Positions 25,720 through 40,363 are shown, counted from the stretch's first letter. The stretch is 64,000 nt of DNA from a bacterium (GCA_965213685.1 CBDBZY010000064.1:1184001-1248000); one strand, 5' to 3'. Notes: a model not told the origin generated them from the letters alone. Numbers and translations are program-made.

Positions 25720-27600
25720 AAAGATCTTGGCCACAGTTGGCGACCGGACAGCACTTCTTCTTTCTGTACTTGACCTTGGAAACTACATTACTCCTGTGGC
25801 ATTTTGCATCCCCTGTTCAAGGACCATCTCACTAAGAAAAGTCCACTGTTGGTAGGCCCTATGTTGATTCACAAACAAATCACCTTTTCCACTTTCCACT
25901 ACTTCACATCGCAGCTGTTCCCTGATATCAAAGCATTTGAAAAAGAACATTTTTTTCAGCTGTTTTTCCTGAAGCAACACACCCTCAATTTTTCAAGCAT
26001 TCAATGTTAAAGCCATGAATTTGTAAGGTAAATCTAGACGTAAGATATCTGCTGACACCATGGGCATCACTTCCAATGGAATTGAGGACCTTGGCTTAGT
26101 TGATGTTGCAGATGTTGATGATTTCACAGCCATCCCTTGAGGACCTATGGAATGCGTTAGAGTGGTTTTCCAGGTCAAGTGCATCAGCAGATCCCCACAG
26201 GCCGAGTTCCATCATTGGTTCAAAACAAACAAGCCTAAAGAAATGAGGGAGAGCATGATCAAGTCTGTGTGGCAAAAAGCAGGACTTGGTGAATCCCCAC
26301 CCCCATTTTGCAAATATCTTAGTGAGTCTCTAAATCGCCAGCTTAAGTGGCAGGTTGAATCTGTTCTAATTGAACGCATGCGTGATCTTGCTCATCTACA
26401 GGATTCACAATTGTACAAGGCAATAATTAGGAAAAGAAGCTGGTGCTTGGATGAGCAGTTTGCTGATTTAGAGATTCCATGTTATATCTGGTTCACTGCC
26501 TATACCAAGACTGACAGAGAGAGACGTTTGTCAACTGACTTCAGCAAGGTCACACTTGCCACTGGTCCACTACTGCCACTACTGAACCTACCTTGTCTGA
26601 ACCACATGATGACAGACACCTACAACGCAGCGCTGATCTTCATCACAGCCAAGAGGTGACATTTCACTGTCCATTCCATATTCTATGCTTAATACTTATG
26701 GGAGAACGTATTCATATTTATGAGCAGACATGGGAGGAAGTATTCATATTCATGAGCAGAGTTCCATGTGGGACAAAGCCACTAGCTGGTGCATGATCCT
26801 TCCATGGTTATACCAAGCACCTGGACACAGTTCCCCCTTCTCCTGCATGGTTGCATCTGCTCAGAGTGAAGCACCACACTTCATGTCAGTTCCCAAGCAA
26901 TTCACTGGACAATTCCTCTGTGATTCCCGGTGTCCGATGTTTGGGGCTTACAAGATATGCTCACACACGTTGAATTCTGTGGAAAGCTTTCTCATTTCTT
27001 GCAGTGGTTTAACAAGACCATACAGAAAGGCAAATTTGACCAAGCTTTCGAATACAGGAATGCCTGCACAGGCAGGGAAGGAGAGGGGTGCAAAGGGATC
27101 AAGGAGATGCAAAATGACACAGAGTGCACCACCTGCAACAACCCAGCGTATTCAACTTTCCAAATCAACTTCTGCTCCAATCTAGTTTAATCATACCAAG
27201 CCAGTGAACACTGTACTCTCTGCCTAGCTCCAGTCACGTATGTACTTCTACAGTGACCACTTATGTATGTTCACCATCATATCCAGTGGATGTGTCATAT
27301 TCCCCCACTGTCAATATTTCTCACAGCAGTGTTGGTGGAGTGAGTATGCCACTTCTATTTTCAGTCTCGAAGCACATCAACACCCAGCACTGTTGAACAT
27401 TGCTTATCATTCCCTTCTACCCTCAAGTTCCCTTACAATGTAAGCTACCTTTCTGCCAGCCAGGTGTGACAGTGCAAGCCCCTAATGATTTGATCGTTTC
27501 TTGTCTTGAATGAAGACCATACAGGAATGCATCAGGAGAACCATTCACCCTAAGTAATGCTCATTATTGCGCCTAGAATTGGGATGCATTTGAGCAGTAG
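25720..27600 (+). pseudogene. MULE (Mutator-like) transposase remnant with SWIM finger
   Basis: HPLFKDHLTKKSPLLVGPMLIHKQITFSTFHYF; FHHWFK...MRESMIKSVWQKAGLGESPPPF...ESLNRQLK; FLCDSRCPMFGAYKICSH (SWIM); APNDLIVS...SNAHY. Confidence 0.75.
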
Positions 27601-28299
27601 ACAGCACATTTGTTCCTTCATCTTTGGTTATGTCAGGGTTCTGTGATGTGCTAGATAACTGGAGCACACACACAAGCTCATGGCAAAGCTACATGTAGGT
27701 CTTGATATCATGATGTGCTGTTTACCTGTCATATTAATAACATGATGTGGTGTTTACTTGTCATATTTTTGCTAATGTTACTTACCTGTCCTATTACATA
27801 ATAACATGTGCAAATATGCTGTCGATGTCCATCATACACTCAGTCCTAGAGACAAGGCAAAGTAAGGTAACTACACCTGAAGACTGGCACACGGAAAAAA
27901 TGAGCTGTTTCAGGTAGGACTCGACTCATCACATACACTTTACCAGCCAAGTACTTAAACGTATTGAAGGCTCCCCTGTTACAAATGTTGACTTCTAAGT
28001 CACTACCAAAGACGTCCGATGTTAGTCGTACCAGTGCGCTTGGCAACACATGCAGGCGTGTGCATGCAGCACGTGCTGAGTTGCATCATGTGAGTTGCAT
28101 ACGTACATATATTTTATGTAATATCTTTTACCCTCATTTTCCAGAGTCTGTCAGTCTGTTTTCCACTCAGTAACTCACTAGGTGTGGGTAGAATATGCTC
28201 CAGAAGTTACCTATTCCACTTTATGAACATTGTTAATACTCCAATTTTTCAGACATTCATAAAAACATAATACAGTACTTCTTATGTAAGCAATGTTGA

Positions 28300-29780
28300 T
28301 TTAATGTACGTATATTGTAATGAAATGTAAGTGATGTTTTAACATACTCTTCCTGTGATGCAAGTTGCTCATCACCAAATGAGTTCTTCGGAAGGGAAAA
28401 TACCCTTTCTGACACAGCTGATGAAGGTTGGATGAGAAGTACTTGCTGAGTTGCAGCAGACCAGGTAGGTAGACTTGTCAAGTTCACTTTCCACCACATT
28501 AATGGAGACAATTCTGGTGAAATATCTACTGCCTTTGCTAGGTAGTTTGGAAGCTCTTCCTTTAGCATTGCAATAGTGATAGCATTCAAAAATGGTAGAA
28601 TATCTGGGCTATTCAAAGCATCAGTATCTGGCTGCACCAGTACCACCTTGTGTGGGTTGAAGAACCTTGCAACTTTGAAAATGTCCATAACGGGTTTCAA
28701 TGTGTCACTAAATGCATGATGTAGGTATTCATGTCCAGGTCTCGCAGCACCATGCGTGTAAGTAGTGAGTTGCTTTTGCAGTTGTTGGTTCCCAGTACTA
28801 AGTTACCTCACAATAGCTTCCAGATTAGGATAATTGGCAACCCATTCACCTTCAATGGCACTGGAGATGATCTCATACTTGATAGCTAAAGGGCCGGCCG
28901 TCTTCAGTCCATAAGTTGCCTTCTCCAGTGGTTCCCCTGCATCAACAACTACAGCCATCTCAACCTGCTTTCCTTGTAACATCATTCAGTATGGCAAGGA
29001 GCTTGTTCTGGTGGCACTTGAGGAGAAGTATTCAGTAGATGTGAGGCAGGGCACAACGTCCCCAAACAACTCCATTGCTTGCTTACTAACTTCAAACTGA
29101 CTCCACCATCTGGTGGGAGAGTAGAAAGTCTTGTGTGTTTAATCCAGCAAAACCTAGATTTGGGGCAGCAAGCAAAGAGTGTGGTCCAAGAATGAATGAA
29201 TTGTGACAGAAATGGCACATTCAATCATTCTCCCACAAAGTTCAGTGTATGCGTTGTACGTACCATCAAAGATGACAGATTCTTGCTTGTCCCTTATCTC
29301 CTCCTTTAAGTGGGAATCTTCTTGATGGAGAAAGGGTAACAGATTGGCTGCAGTGCTCCACCTCTTTTGCTAAAAGCTGCTGTACTGCGTGAATGTTTCT
29401 CTGGTTGTAAGTGACCTTTCAGTATACTCTCACAATGAGCGCCTCTTGACAGGCATTGCAAATAAGTTTGCCACTTGAAACTGTCAACTCTTTGTCAGGG
29501 AGCTCTTTTACGTATGCACTGTACAGGTGTCATGAACTTTGGATCACTATTGCCTTGTGCAGAACTACATCACTCACCTGTGGGAGAAGGGTTGCTGTGG
29601 ACCTTGCGCGTTCTAGGCAGCTGACTGAATGTGGGGGCTTTCAGCTTGTCCAGTGGTGAGACTGACCCCAATGACATAGATGCTGTATTGTCACCATCCT
29701 CCACTGTAATGCTTCTGTCTTCAAGTTCTTCCGGCTCCATCATGTGTACACAGTGACGCAACAACTGAACGAACATGTGG
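28300..29780 (-). pseudogene. hAT transposase remnant with C-terminal dimerisation domain
   Basis: LKEELPNYLAKA...PLMWWK...LPTWSAATQQVLLIQPSSAVSERVFSL; upstream EMAVVVDAGEPLEKATY and LDKLKAPTFSQLPRTRKVHSNP. Confidence 0.85.
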
Positions 29781-30480
29781 TTGCACTAGTCTCATGCCCA
29801 TACCACCCCTGGCATGCTGGCATCCCAGAACAACTGACTGGCAGGCCGGAGCCTAGTGGTACCGCAGGACCTGTGTGCATGTGCCCAAATGTCTGGATCT
29901 TTACCTAGTGTGCTTGTATTATGCTCATGGCCAAAGTGGACCTATTCCTCCCAAAATTATGTCTTTTCAGGCCTATCACTCACCCGGTAGAAAGACTTGA
30001 AATGAACGTGGCATGTGGGGAGACACAGCTATACTGCCGACGCAAACGGTACAAGCTAGCCGACATGGGATATCCAGCCACTACTAACAGTAGAATGCAG
30101 CTGCTGGAGGAGTAGCACACTTACTCATGAAAACACAAATACGTACATAGGTTTCAACTCCAGATCGGCAGGATCAACTAGAAAGAACAGCAAGGGATTC
30201 CGTGAGCTATGATCCCTCTTCACACATACACAACCATAGAAGGTCTATTCCTGGCAAACTCAAGGCCCTAGGAGTGCACGTACGTACACGTCATATGCCA
30301 GCATAAGCACTGTGCATGTGGGCCATACCATCAGTGCACGCTCTGGATATGTTTGCCATGCCTGCATATACAGGCTTCACATGACTTTGCTTAACTTCAC
30401 TCTAGGGATACAGCTTGGGATGAGGCTCCATTTTCCCATCACTAGTTAAAATGCTTAAGGCAAGCAACATGACCATCGCA

Positions 30481-30967
30481 AGGAAAAGCACTAAAGTGCA
30501 AAGCCTCGGCGCAGTTGCATTGCATACTTCAACAGCCTGCACAGAGGTCCACTCATTGGGCTGTAATCTAGTGTCCTGCCTTGTCTGGCATGTTGTAGGA
30601 TCTGTGCACATACGTGTGTGCATATACTATGGCCTCATACATGCATGCGTTATGCGGGACATTATCGCACTAGCTTTACAGACATGAAACAGGTAGGTAT
30701 ACGAAACATCGCAACGTGAACAAAATGGCAGACTCGAGCTAGCTTTGTCCCAGTAAGTTAATAATGCTCTTCTAACTTTGTAAGGAAGCAAAGAAAACGC
30801 CTTTTTGTTTTTGTGAAAAATGTGCTGCTCAAGCCACAAGTGCCTTCATTTAGACATGTACTGGCACCAATATGCAGATTAGCTTCGGCGGACAGACACA
30901 CACACACACACACGGACACATAGGACAAGTACTGTAACCCTCGCTGTGCATGTTCACTGAGGGTTAA
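30481..30967 (-). mobile_element. HINE-like element, copy 2
   Basis: Colinear with 8990-9524, including GCACTAAAGTGC hairpin, (CA)n and AACCCTC...GAGGGTTAA end. Confidence 0.8.
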
Positions 30968-31519
30968 TGACTGTGAAAGTGAAAAAGGTGGAATACTCAG
31001 TATGTACTAGCAGTTACTACGTAGTTACTACTACCAGATGTCTTCTACAGCATGCCCTCACAAATGTACCACCACAAAATGATTACTATTAAAAAATGGA
31101 TTTATATGTCTATTTGTGGCACTCCTTTTCCCCCAATAATTATAATGAGTAATTGGTTACATATGAGTTGCAACAGTCCCAAGTTTGACAACTATTAATA
31201 AAAATAATAAATTGTCCTACATACACAATAGTTTGACATTCTACCATGATATGTAAGCACATAATTATGTGCCAAGCTAGAATAGTATGGCAATTTTGTG
31301 TGATACAATCCTCAAGTAGTAGAGAGAACAGATAATTCAGCAAATAATGACAAAATTAAATTAATGTACCATTCCCTCTGGATTTGGTCACTTTTTACTA
31401 TGGACCTGCAATATAAGTGCATATATGATTTTGTGTTCCAAGTTTTGTGGTACATGATACAGCGAAACCTGTTTTTATAATCTGGCCGATCCGTCCCTGG
31501 AAAGCAAAAGTTCATGAGA

Positions 31520-31760
31520 GCTGTAGTTCTAAATTACAGTTTTGAAATTGCTGACTCAGAAATATCAAATTGCTTGAACTTTGAATTTGCAAGTCAACAA
31601 ATTGTGTCATCTTTCTTCACTGAAGTTGTATGTGAGATATGTGATGCTTTATGGGTGAATTTAGTAACAGATGCTGAAAAGAAGAAATTCTGCTTGAACT
31701 TTTGAAATTATGAAAGTGATATATGATTGGCCACAATACTTACTGTCTATGGTGCTGCAT
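31520..31760 (+). pseudogene. Possible Harbinger/PIF transposase scrap
   Basis: FEIADSEISN...VVCEICDALWVNL...YDWPQY resembles the F.V..ST...IV.EVC.AI...W.FP region. Very degenerate. Confidence 0.35.
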
Positions 31761-31804
31761 TGCAATCTCTAACGTACAGCATTTTGATTACAATCAGAGA
31801 GTCA

Positions 31805-32570
<766 letters not shown>

Positions 32571-32686
32571 TAACGATAGGTCCCACATACGTATATAGCT
32601 TCAATGCATGCTTGACCTATGTAAGCACATGTGCATGACCTGCAATCAGCATGTACACTAGTTTTGACAGGTATTACCTGTGACAA

Positions 32687-33070
32687 AATGAAAAGCACTA
32701 AAGTGCAAACCCTCGGCAGTTACATTGCATGCTACAACAGCCTACACAGATGATACAAGCATTGTTGGTGTAAGTCCATTCAACTGGGCTATAGTGTAGT
32801 GTCCTGCCTTCTCTTGCATGTGCACGTACGCCTTTGCACATGCTATAGCCTTGTACACGCATGTGCTTACGCGGGACCATTATTGCACTAGCTGTATGGG
32901 CGTGAAACAGAGAGTATTGCAACGTGAATAAAATGGCGGACTCGAGCTGGCTTGGTCCCGGGTAAGCTTGTAACGCTTCTAACTTTCTAACAAAGCAGTT
33001 GGACAGACAGAAACACACACACACAGGACAAGTACCGTAACCCTCACTGTGCATGCTCGCCAAGGGTTAA
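32687..33070 (-). mobile_element. HINE-like element, copy 3 (internally deleted)
   Basis: AATGAAAAGCACTAAAGTGCAAACCCTCGGC ... (CA)n ... AACCCTCACTGTGCATGCTCGCCAAGGGTTAA. Confidence 0.8.
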
Positions 33071-33649
33071 CTAGTGTACACAATGATTGCAGGTGGCTGA
33101 TCTTTTGACCAGAGTTAGAAACACCCTTCCAAGAAAAGTCACTTTCTAAGAGTGACAAAAGTCACTTTCCAAGAATGACATTCTCAATTAATGTACTACT
33201 GTACACCTGAAAGCCCTCAAACAAGTATTATAACCATTTAAGTAATGTAAAAGGATGTAGGGATGGCAGTGCCAAAAATCACAGAAACTAAGTGTACTTG
33301 CAGGCAAAGCTGATTATAGAATCGTTACACAGGTAAACCCCATCCCTACAACTTTTTTTTGATGCACAGCCCGTAATATGGGGAAAGAAAGAATGGAAAG
33401 GCAACCCCATCTGGAGCATCGAACTTGGTCCCAGTGACTGGAAGTTCAGTGCACCAAGCACCAAGCCATCACTCTGGACAAAGTTCTTTCTCCCCATGCT
33501 TTCTGATGTGTTCTGAGAGCGTCTGTCAGTGTGAAGACAGAATAGTCAACAACCCTGACAAAACATAAAGGGGGATGGGGAGACAAGCTCTTGTTTGGAG
33601 TAATGGCTTGGTTCATGGTGCATTAGACTTCCAGTCACTTTCCATGCCC

Positions 33650-35115
33650 TTGGTGGTGTTGATGATAAAAACAATGTACCCAATCTTCATTTACATTTTA
33701 TCTTTGTGGAACTCTCTGTTTGCACACAGTCAATAAGCTATTATAGCCTTGTGGAAAGAAAGACAAAGCATGCTATGGCATCTTACTCAAGAACATACTC
33801 ACAGTCAAGATGGCAAATAATGCATCAATGTTTTGGTGATATTGAACCCATTCTGAAAACGGTTAAAGTATGTACAGCTACCCACTCCAAGCTTTAACAT
33901 CTTTCCATAACAGGTTGCACTGCTCAAGTTATCACTTGTAATGGTGATTGCTGTTGCTTCATACTTCGTCAAAGGCACATACAGTACTGGTCAGAGACAA
34001 GGTATAATGCAAACGCGTTCTGCACGCATTCATCTCTGGAGACAAACACGTTTATCTCCGGAGACAAACGCATTCATCTCCGGAGAAAAACATGTTTGTC
34101 TCCGGGGACGAATGCATTTGTCTCCAGAGATGAACACGTTTGTCTCCAGCGAACGTATTTGCCCTCTCTTGTAAACACGTTTGCTCCCTGCTGTAAACGC
34201 ATTTACTCCTTACATGTTAATGCGTTTGCTGGATGTGTTTAGTTTCGTGTACCACCCTTGGTACCCGCCCTTTTTGTGCACGTGCCACTAATTCCCTAAT
34301 GCTTGCTGTGGTGGCAGTTCATTGGATTGTTAGTCTCCTCACTGACTTGCTTGCATGATACTCACTCGGTAGCAGAAAACTCTGAGGTGTCACATACTGC
34401 GTACCATGCAGCGATACAAGTGGCACGTGCGAAAAAAGGGGGCGGGTACTACAGATGTTCAGCAAACGTGTTTACACACGAGGGCAAATGCGTTCATTGC
34501 CGGAGACAAACGTGTTCATCGCTGGAGACAAACGCGCTCTGACCAATACTGTACATGTGTAATCTACGTACGTATAAGGAGATTGTATTCTTGCTCTGAA
34601 GTGCTATGAAGAACTATGTTTGTACTTACAGTTCATGCAGCCACTGCATCAAGGTGCTCTCCCAGTGTTGAAGTAGTGTACAGGTCACTATTCCCAGAAA
34701 ACCAATGAAATCAACAGCAAACATTTGATATGCCATTTCTTCTGCTGCGCTTCAGACAGTGAGTGTGAATGTACATACATACCTCTCAGTTATAATGGCT
34801 GTATTTCCATGCCCTAGATGGGGTCAGTAACAAAGCTAATGTGCCTGATCTTCACTCTGTGGATCTTTTTGTCACACACAGTCAACAAGCCTAAGCTTTC
34901 TAGAAGGAAAGAACATAACGTGCTATGGCAACTTACTTGAAAACATGCATGTACCAGGTGGAAAACAAAGTAATATTGAGCCCTTTCTGAGGGGAAAAAA
35001 ATTTGGTGTGCATAGCTACTCACTTCAAATTTCTCAGTGGTCCGCAACAGGTCACTTTTCTAAGTTAAAACTTGCAGCAGTGGTTGATATTGGCTCATAT
35101 TTTGTCAAAGCCACA
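33650..35115 (+). pseudogene. Fragments of a hAT transposase of the same family as 28300-29780
   Basis: MHQCFGDIEPILK; VIAVASYFVKGTY; GDCILALKCYEE; KLAAVVDIGSYFVKAT. Parallel to MAVVVDAGEPLEKATY...GPLAIKYE. Confidence 0.55.
33982..34551. mobile_element. MITE with internal 22-bp tandem/inverted repeats
   Basis: TA|CAGTACTGGTCAGAG ... CTCTGACCAATACTG|TA. Internal array of (RTCTCCGGAGACAAACRCRTTY) units at 34030-34150 and 34490-34535. Confidence 0.8.
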
Positions 35116-35196
35116 CAAAATCCCAATAAGTCTAGACTTGGTATATGCAGTGTACACAGGAGAATGCCTCACACAGTATATGTAGTGATTCATCTA

Positions 35197-36290
35197 CAGT
35201 GTTTCACACTAGTAGAGTACAATGGCCACTTTTTCACATTTTGTCACGTACATGTACATGTACATGTACCTCCAAAACCTTACAAGTAGTTGACACAAGT
35301 TACATATCAAAATCATCTCCAAGGTTTGCTGTTTAATTTGATTATGATAATATGCTGTCACATGACAGTCAGCTGCTGTGGTTGGGCTTGAATGATGGAC
35401 AGTTAGCGTTAAGATTGAAATTTCTGTAAACATGGGAGTTAAGGTCTGAAACTGCAGCAGATGAATCATCATGGAAGGGAGCATACGTAAGTACCGCTTA
35501 TTAACTGCCACCCATTTCAACAGCATGAGCCAAAATAGCAGTTTTTAAGGAGCTCTAGTGTTAGCATCAGGAAATGCGCAGGATTGGGAGTTTAGCTCCG
35601 ATACTTTAGTATTCAATTGTAAATTCGTTGTACTTTAGGTTTTCACTTACCTCACAAAGTGTCTCCAAACCATCATGATGCTAACGAGCCTTTTTCTCAA
35701 AAATGGTGCATTTCAGCGGCCATTTTGGAAAGTATGACGTTTACTTTTGTTCCACATGGAATTTTTATCACATCATACATAACACGCGCACAAACAAAAA
35801 CGAACAAAAACGGTGATTATGTAATACGATATCATCATTCATGGTGTCCATGCCTTGCAGTCAAATTGTACACTACAATGCAAATGCGTGAAAAATGTCC
35901 GCCAAAAAATGCTCTGTCTTCGGGAAAAGGCTTGCTAGCGTCGTGACTGTTTGGAGACACTTCACAAGGTAAGTATAAAACCTAAACTACGGTGAATTTA
36001 CAATTGACTAGCGAAGTATCGGAGCTTAACTTCCAATCCTACATTTCCCGATGCTAACGTTAGAGCCCCTTAAGAACCGCTATTTTGTCTCATGCTGTCG
36101 AAACGGGTAGTAGTTATGAAGCGGTACTTAGCTCAAAGTCGCTCCCTTCAGTGATGATTTATCTGCTGCAGTTTCAGACCTTAACTCCCTTGGTTACCAA
36201 ACCATCCATCACTAAAGCCCTATCACAGCAGCTGACTGTCACGTGACAGCATATTATCATAATCAAATTAAACCACAAACCTTGAGATCA
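35197..36290. mobile_element. Long-TIR foldback element related to 6371-7591; right arm cut by a HINE
   Basis: TA|CAGTG start. Arms ~35315-35735 and ~35890-36290 are inverted. Shares GGAGTTAAGGTCTGAAA and GTAGTTG.ACAAG..ATATCAAA motifs with the 6371 element. No HIRAN in the spacer. Confidence 0.8.
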
Positions 36291-36610
36291 TTAACCCCCG
36301 GCACACATGCGCCAGAGGGTTACTGCAGTTCTCCTGTGTGTGTGTGTGTGTGTGTGTGCGTCTGTCCGCGGGAGCTAGTCTGTGGACTGGCGCTAGTAAA
36401 CATCTAACCAAAGGCACTAGTGGCTTGAGCAGCACATTTTCACAAAATACAAAGCGTTTTCTCTAGAACTGTTTCATTACAAAGTTAGAAGCGTATAATT
36501 ATGTACGTACTTACCCGGACCAAGCCAGCTTGCACCTCTCCATTTCATGTCCATAAAGCTAGTGCGATATTGGTCCCACGTAAGCGCACGAGTATATGAG
36601 GCTACAGTAA
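36291..36610 (+). mobile_element. HINE-like element, copy 4 (5' part)
   Basis: TTAACCCCCGGCACACATGCGCCAGAGGGTTACTGCAG(TG)n..., reverse complement of copy 1. Confidence 0.75.
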
Positions 36611-36739
36611 TGTGTCTGCTCTGACTTAAGTACCAAAGTGCTCAGTCCACATGGCTCTGTGGCATGCACGGAAGTATATGAAACATACATAATATTATGC
36701 ACACTAAAGTGTGACAGACATATAACATACATATGTATA

Positions 36740-37339
36740 TGTTACAACTTGATTCACAACCTTTGACCTGTTTCGAAGCCAGTCAACCGGTTATTTCTGA
36801 CCTGCTTCAAAGCCGGTTGCCAATTACACACAGGCGCACATGCTGTGAACAGAGGCGTGCGCACCCACTTTTATGTGTACATAATTAGTAATCAAGCTCG
36901 TGCATTGTGCACACATGGTTTTCAAGGCTACTGCATTACTGCACTGGATTGCAACTGCTAAGCAGACTTCGAATCCATGCATTAGGCAGTGCTGTATCGC
37001 AACGTAATCCTCAACAACAGTGCCGTTAAGCGCATTGTTATTATTACCGTACCATTACTAATACAGCCTGCAGCGTATACACAGCCTCTACATGTCACAG
37101 AGTATCGTTGAGTAACCCAAATCGCATCTGCTCGCTTCTACTTGCAATGTACAACACTCACCAGCCGCGGTTGTGAATCGGGTCAGGAAGCGCTTAACTG
37201 TCAATTGACCGGCTTTGAAGCCGGCCCATGGGCTACTTCTGGTTGCAAAGCCAGTCAACCAGTTTTGAAGCAGGTTGACCCGCTTCAAAGCTGGTTGACC
37301 GGCTTCAGAGTGGGTCAAGTTGCGAATCAGGTCGTAACA
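36740..37339. mobile_element. MITE with TGT..ACA termini (Ginger-like)
   Basis: TGTTACAACTTGATTCACAAC..TGACC / GGTCAAGTTGCGAATCAGGTCGTAACA. Flanks TATA/CATA. Internal GCCGG(T)TTGAAGC motifs, with a related piece at 62779-62910. Confidence 0.65.
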
Positions 37340-37429
37340 CATATACATATAATTATGCAAACACAGGCCAACAATGCTGCAGAATTAGATGCCTCGCACT
37401 AAGCCACTTGGCAATAATATGTAGAATCT

Positions 37430-37766
37430 AAAAGGCGTTTTCTCAAAAACTGCTTTGTTAGAAAGTTAGAAGCATTATAAACTTACCGGGACCAAGCCAG
37501 CTTGAGTCCGCCATTTGCAATGTATTGTATACCTCTCCGTTTCACATCCTTAAAGCTAGTGCGATAATGGTCCCACGTAAGCGCATGTGTGTACAAGGCT
37601 ATAGTACGTATATAAACACATGTATGTGCAACATGCAAGACAAGGCGAACACTAGACTATAGCCCAATTGAGTGAACTTAAACCAACAACACTTGCATCT
37701 TTTGTGCAGGCTGTTGTAACATGCAGTGCAACTGCGCCAAAGGTTTGCACTTTAGTGTATTTCATT
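37430..37766 (+). mobile_element. HINE-like element, copy 5 (3' part)
   Basis: Ends GCGCCAAAGGTTTGCACTTTAGTGTATTTCATT. Colinear with the reverse complement of copy 1. Confidence 0.75.
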
Positions 37767-39269
37767 GACTATATATTTCATCTCTTGTGTACAACCAGGC
37801 AGTTAGTATTTCTGTCACAGATATGTAGATGATTCCATCAACCCATTCGGGACTTCTTTACTGCTTTCAACCTACGTACGTATAAATAGTCCAGGTATTG
37901 TGACTGTATTTGCTCAAATATACATTGCCCATGAATAAACACCACACAATCGTCAGTGCGAAGCTAAATACGTATATGCCACCCTCAAGAATACACTCTG
38001 GCTACTACTGCAAGTCCAGCACATGAGAAAAACTTTGCATCATAACTAACTACTCAGATGTTTTTTGTCTAACAGTCATCTAAGACAGTTACCTTCTTGC
38101 CTAACTTGGTCCCCATTTTCTCCGGACCTACGTACAAATACACCTTCCTAGCCACCATTGATAACCTCAGAAAGAAGGCTGGCTGCTCTCTGCTCTTGAG
38201 TCTTAGTGCAGTTACTCTTCCCTTATCCACCTAATAGAAGAGTTCCTTCATACATGGTTATATCAGCTGGACCTGACCCTTTAGTTGATGTCTTAGAGTG
38301 GTGAAAATGCAACAGTCGCAAGCTTTTCAATTTGTCATCAACTGCTCAAAAGTATCTTTCGTACAACTGGCAGTAGAATGTGTTTCTCCATTCTCAACAG
38401 GATTTTTGTCATCAATGAAACTTACTTGAAGATTACCACTTGAACATTACTGTAGAATCATGTGTTATGATGCAGTGCAATAACAAGTGTTTTTTAAGGA
38501 TGATATTGTATTTGTTCATAAAAGTTAATTCACCTACCTAATTATAAATATGCTATTTCAGGCTCTTTTAGAGAAATAGAAAATGGACAATTCAATAAAT
38601 GTACCCATCCCTAAAGAGGCATAAGTGAATAGAAAATTTCTGATTCCAATGGAATCACCTTCAAAGTTTCATATATATGTACGTACGTACCTCATACATA
38701 CGTTTCAGATGTTTCACATGTGTATCTTGTCAAGCTTGTGAAAACCTGTTGGTCTACTCCTTTGGGCTTTGGAACCAAGGTTGTACCTGAATGCATTCGG
38801 TGCTTTTATGTACTCTCTTCATGTGCAAAGCATGTTTGTAGTTATGGCACTCACACCAAGATGAAAGTCAATCTGGCAGCTCAGGTTCCATATGTGTAAA
38901 CTTTTACTTGCTTCTCAACTAAGTATCCTCTTCCTTCTCAAACTCTGGGATACAGAATTCAATTTGGTAGGACTCATGGTTCCAAGCTACATGATTATTG
39001 GCAGCATATGTACATATGCACATGCATATGCACATGCATATGTACATGGACGTGTACTACGTATGTACACATGTATGTATGTCCACACAGCACCACCAAA
39101 CTATGCATACCTTAAGAGTTTACTTACGTCTGTCAAAGAAAGTGGTGCACACCTAGCATACATGCAAGTGTACATGTGAATTTTGTAACAAAACAAAGTG
39201 TGTAATTCTCTCTCATGCTAAAACCACAATACATTACATGTTCACATACATATGTGTCTATATATGGTA

Positions 39270-40363
39270 CCCACCAGTGGCAACTTAACAAACGCACACA
39301 TGAAAACTCCTATTTGGAGCACACTACATCATCCTAAAGGGACTACACGGGGCTAACAAAGGACTGCAGAGGACTAACATAACAGCTTAAAAATAGACAC
39401 CGCGATTGAAATGTCCACAAAAGTAGGATAAAAAGTTCAAAGAAAGTTAAAACCGCCATAGAAATGTTAGGGTAAAAAGTTCCCAAAAGTTAAAACCGTG
39501 GTAGAAAAGTGGAATAAAAAGTTCACCATATAAATATTAAAGAAATATATAGGCACTGAAAGCCCTGCCTTGAGAACAGGGAATGGTGGGTTTAAGATCT
39601 TTTTTGGCTAGCCAACTCTCCCCACTCTTCCAGTGCCCATATATACATGTACACACACAAACATACACGAAAACAAGCCTAAGCAACATACTTACATTGA
39701 AGAGTCCTTGGGAGACAGCACTAGCTTAGCAGAAATGGAAACAGGGCTAGGGTTACGGCACTTAGTAATGGCATGCCACCCAGACATGGACAATGCCCTC
39801 ATTCAACTTATTGTTGAACAAGGCATGTCCATAATTCCTGATGACCGCCTTTTTGTGATGTCAAAAAGGTTGTCAAGTGCCTCATGGTTGGTTGTCAAGT
39901 GCCTCATGGTACACACAGGTAAACAAATACCTTCAGCAATGTGTTGCCTTAGGCTGGTTTTGAACTTACTGAAAATCTCTTTGTGCTTTTTGGAGAATTT
40001 CTTAAAGGCTAAACACAGCTTACATGTCACACATTTTGCACGCGTGTCACGCGAGTAGTTCCATGTATCACATGCACTCTACACGCATGTGTGCATGTAG
40101 CACATTCATATGAAGCTCTACCAATAGCCATGGAAATACTTAAGATCGAGCTTGAGCAAATCTTGGCAGTGATGGCATCCAACTTCTAGTAGGTTATGTG
40201 ACAAGTTATACGCACAACTCAATAATCCCACACCTGCTAGACTACATGCATGTAGTACACGTGCCACACCTACATCACACATGCGTCACGTATTTCACAC
40301 GTGTATTACACGCATTTTGCACACGTGTTGCATGCGTGTGTTTGTGAAGTTGCCACTGGTGGG
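39270..40363. mobile_element. Non-autonomous DNA element with CCC..GGG termini and TA TSD (EnSpm/CACTA-like)
   Basis: TA|CCCACCAGTGGCAACTT ... AAGTTGCCACTGGTGGG|TA (17-bp perfect TIR). The right end is tandemly re-duplicated at ~40425-40495. Confidence 0.8.

Noticed and set aside
33411-33640. Two inverted tRNA-Gly-like segments
   Set aside because: Degenerate A/B-box relics (CTTCCAG loop). Too decayed to call as genes and at most SINE heads.
34020-34160. CRISPR-like array of palindromic ~22-bp repeats
   Set aside because: The units are directly tandem with no unique spacers, lie inside a TA-flanked MITE, and have no cas genes nearby in a eukaryotic context.
38300-38900. Possible SWIM/YqaJ relic on the minus strand
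   Set aside because: Only scattered residues match, which is not enough to support a call.
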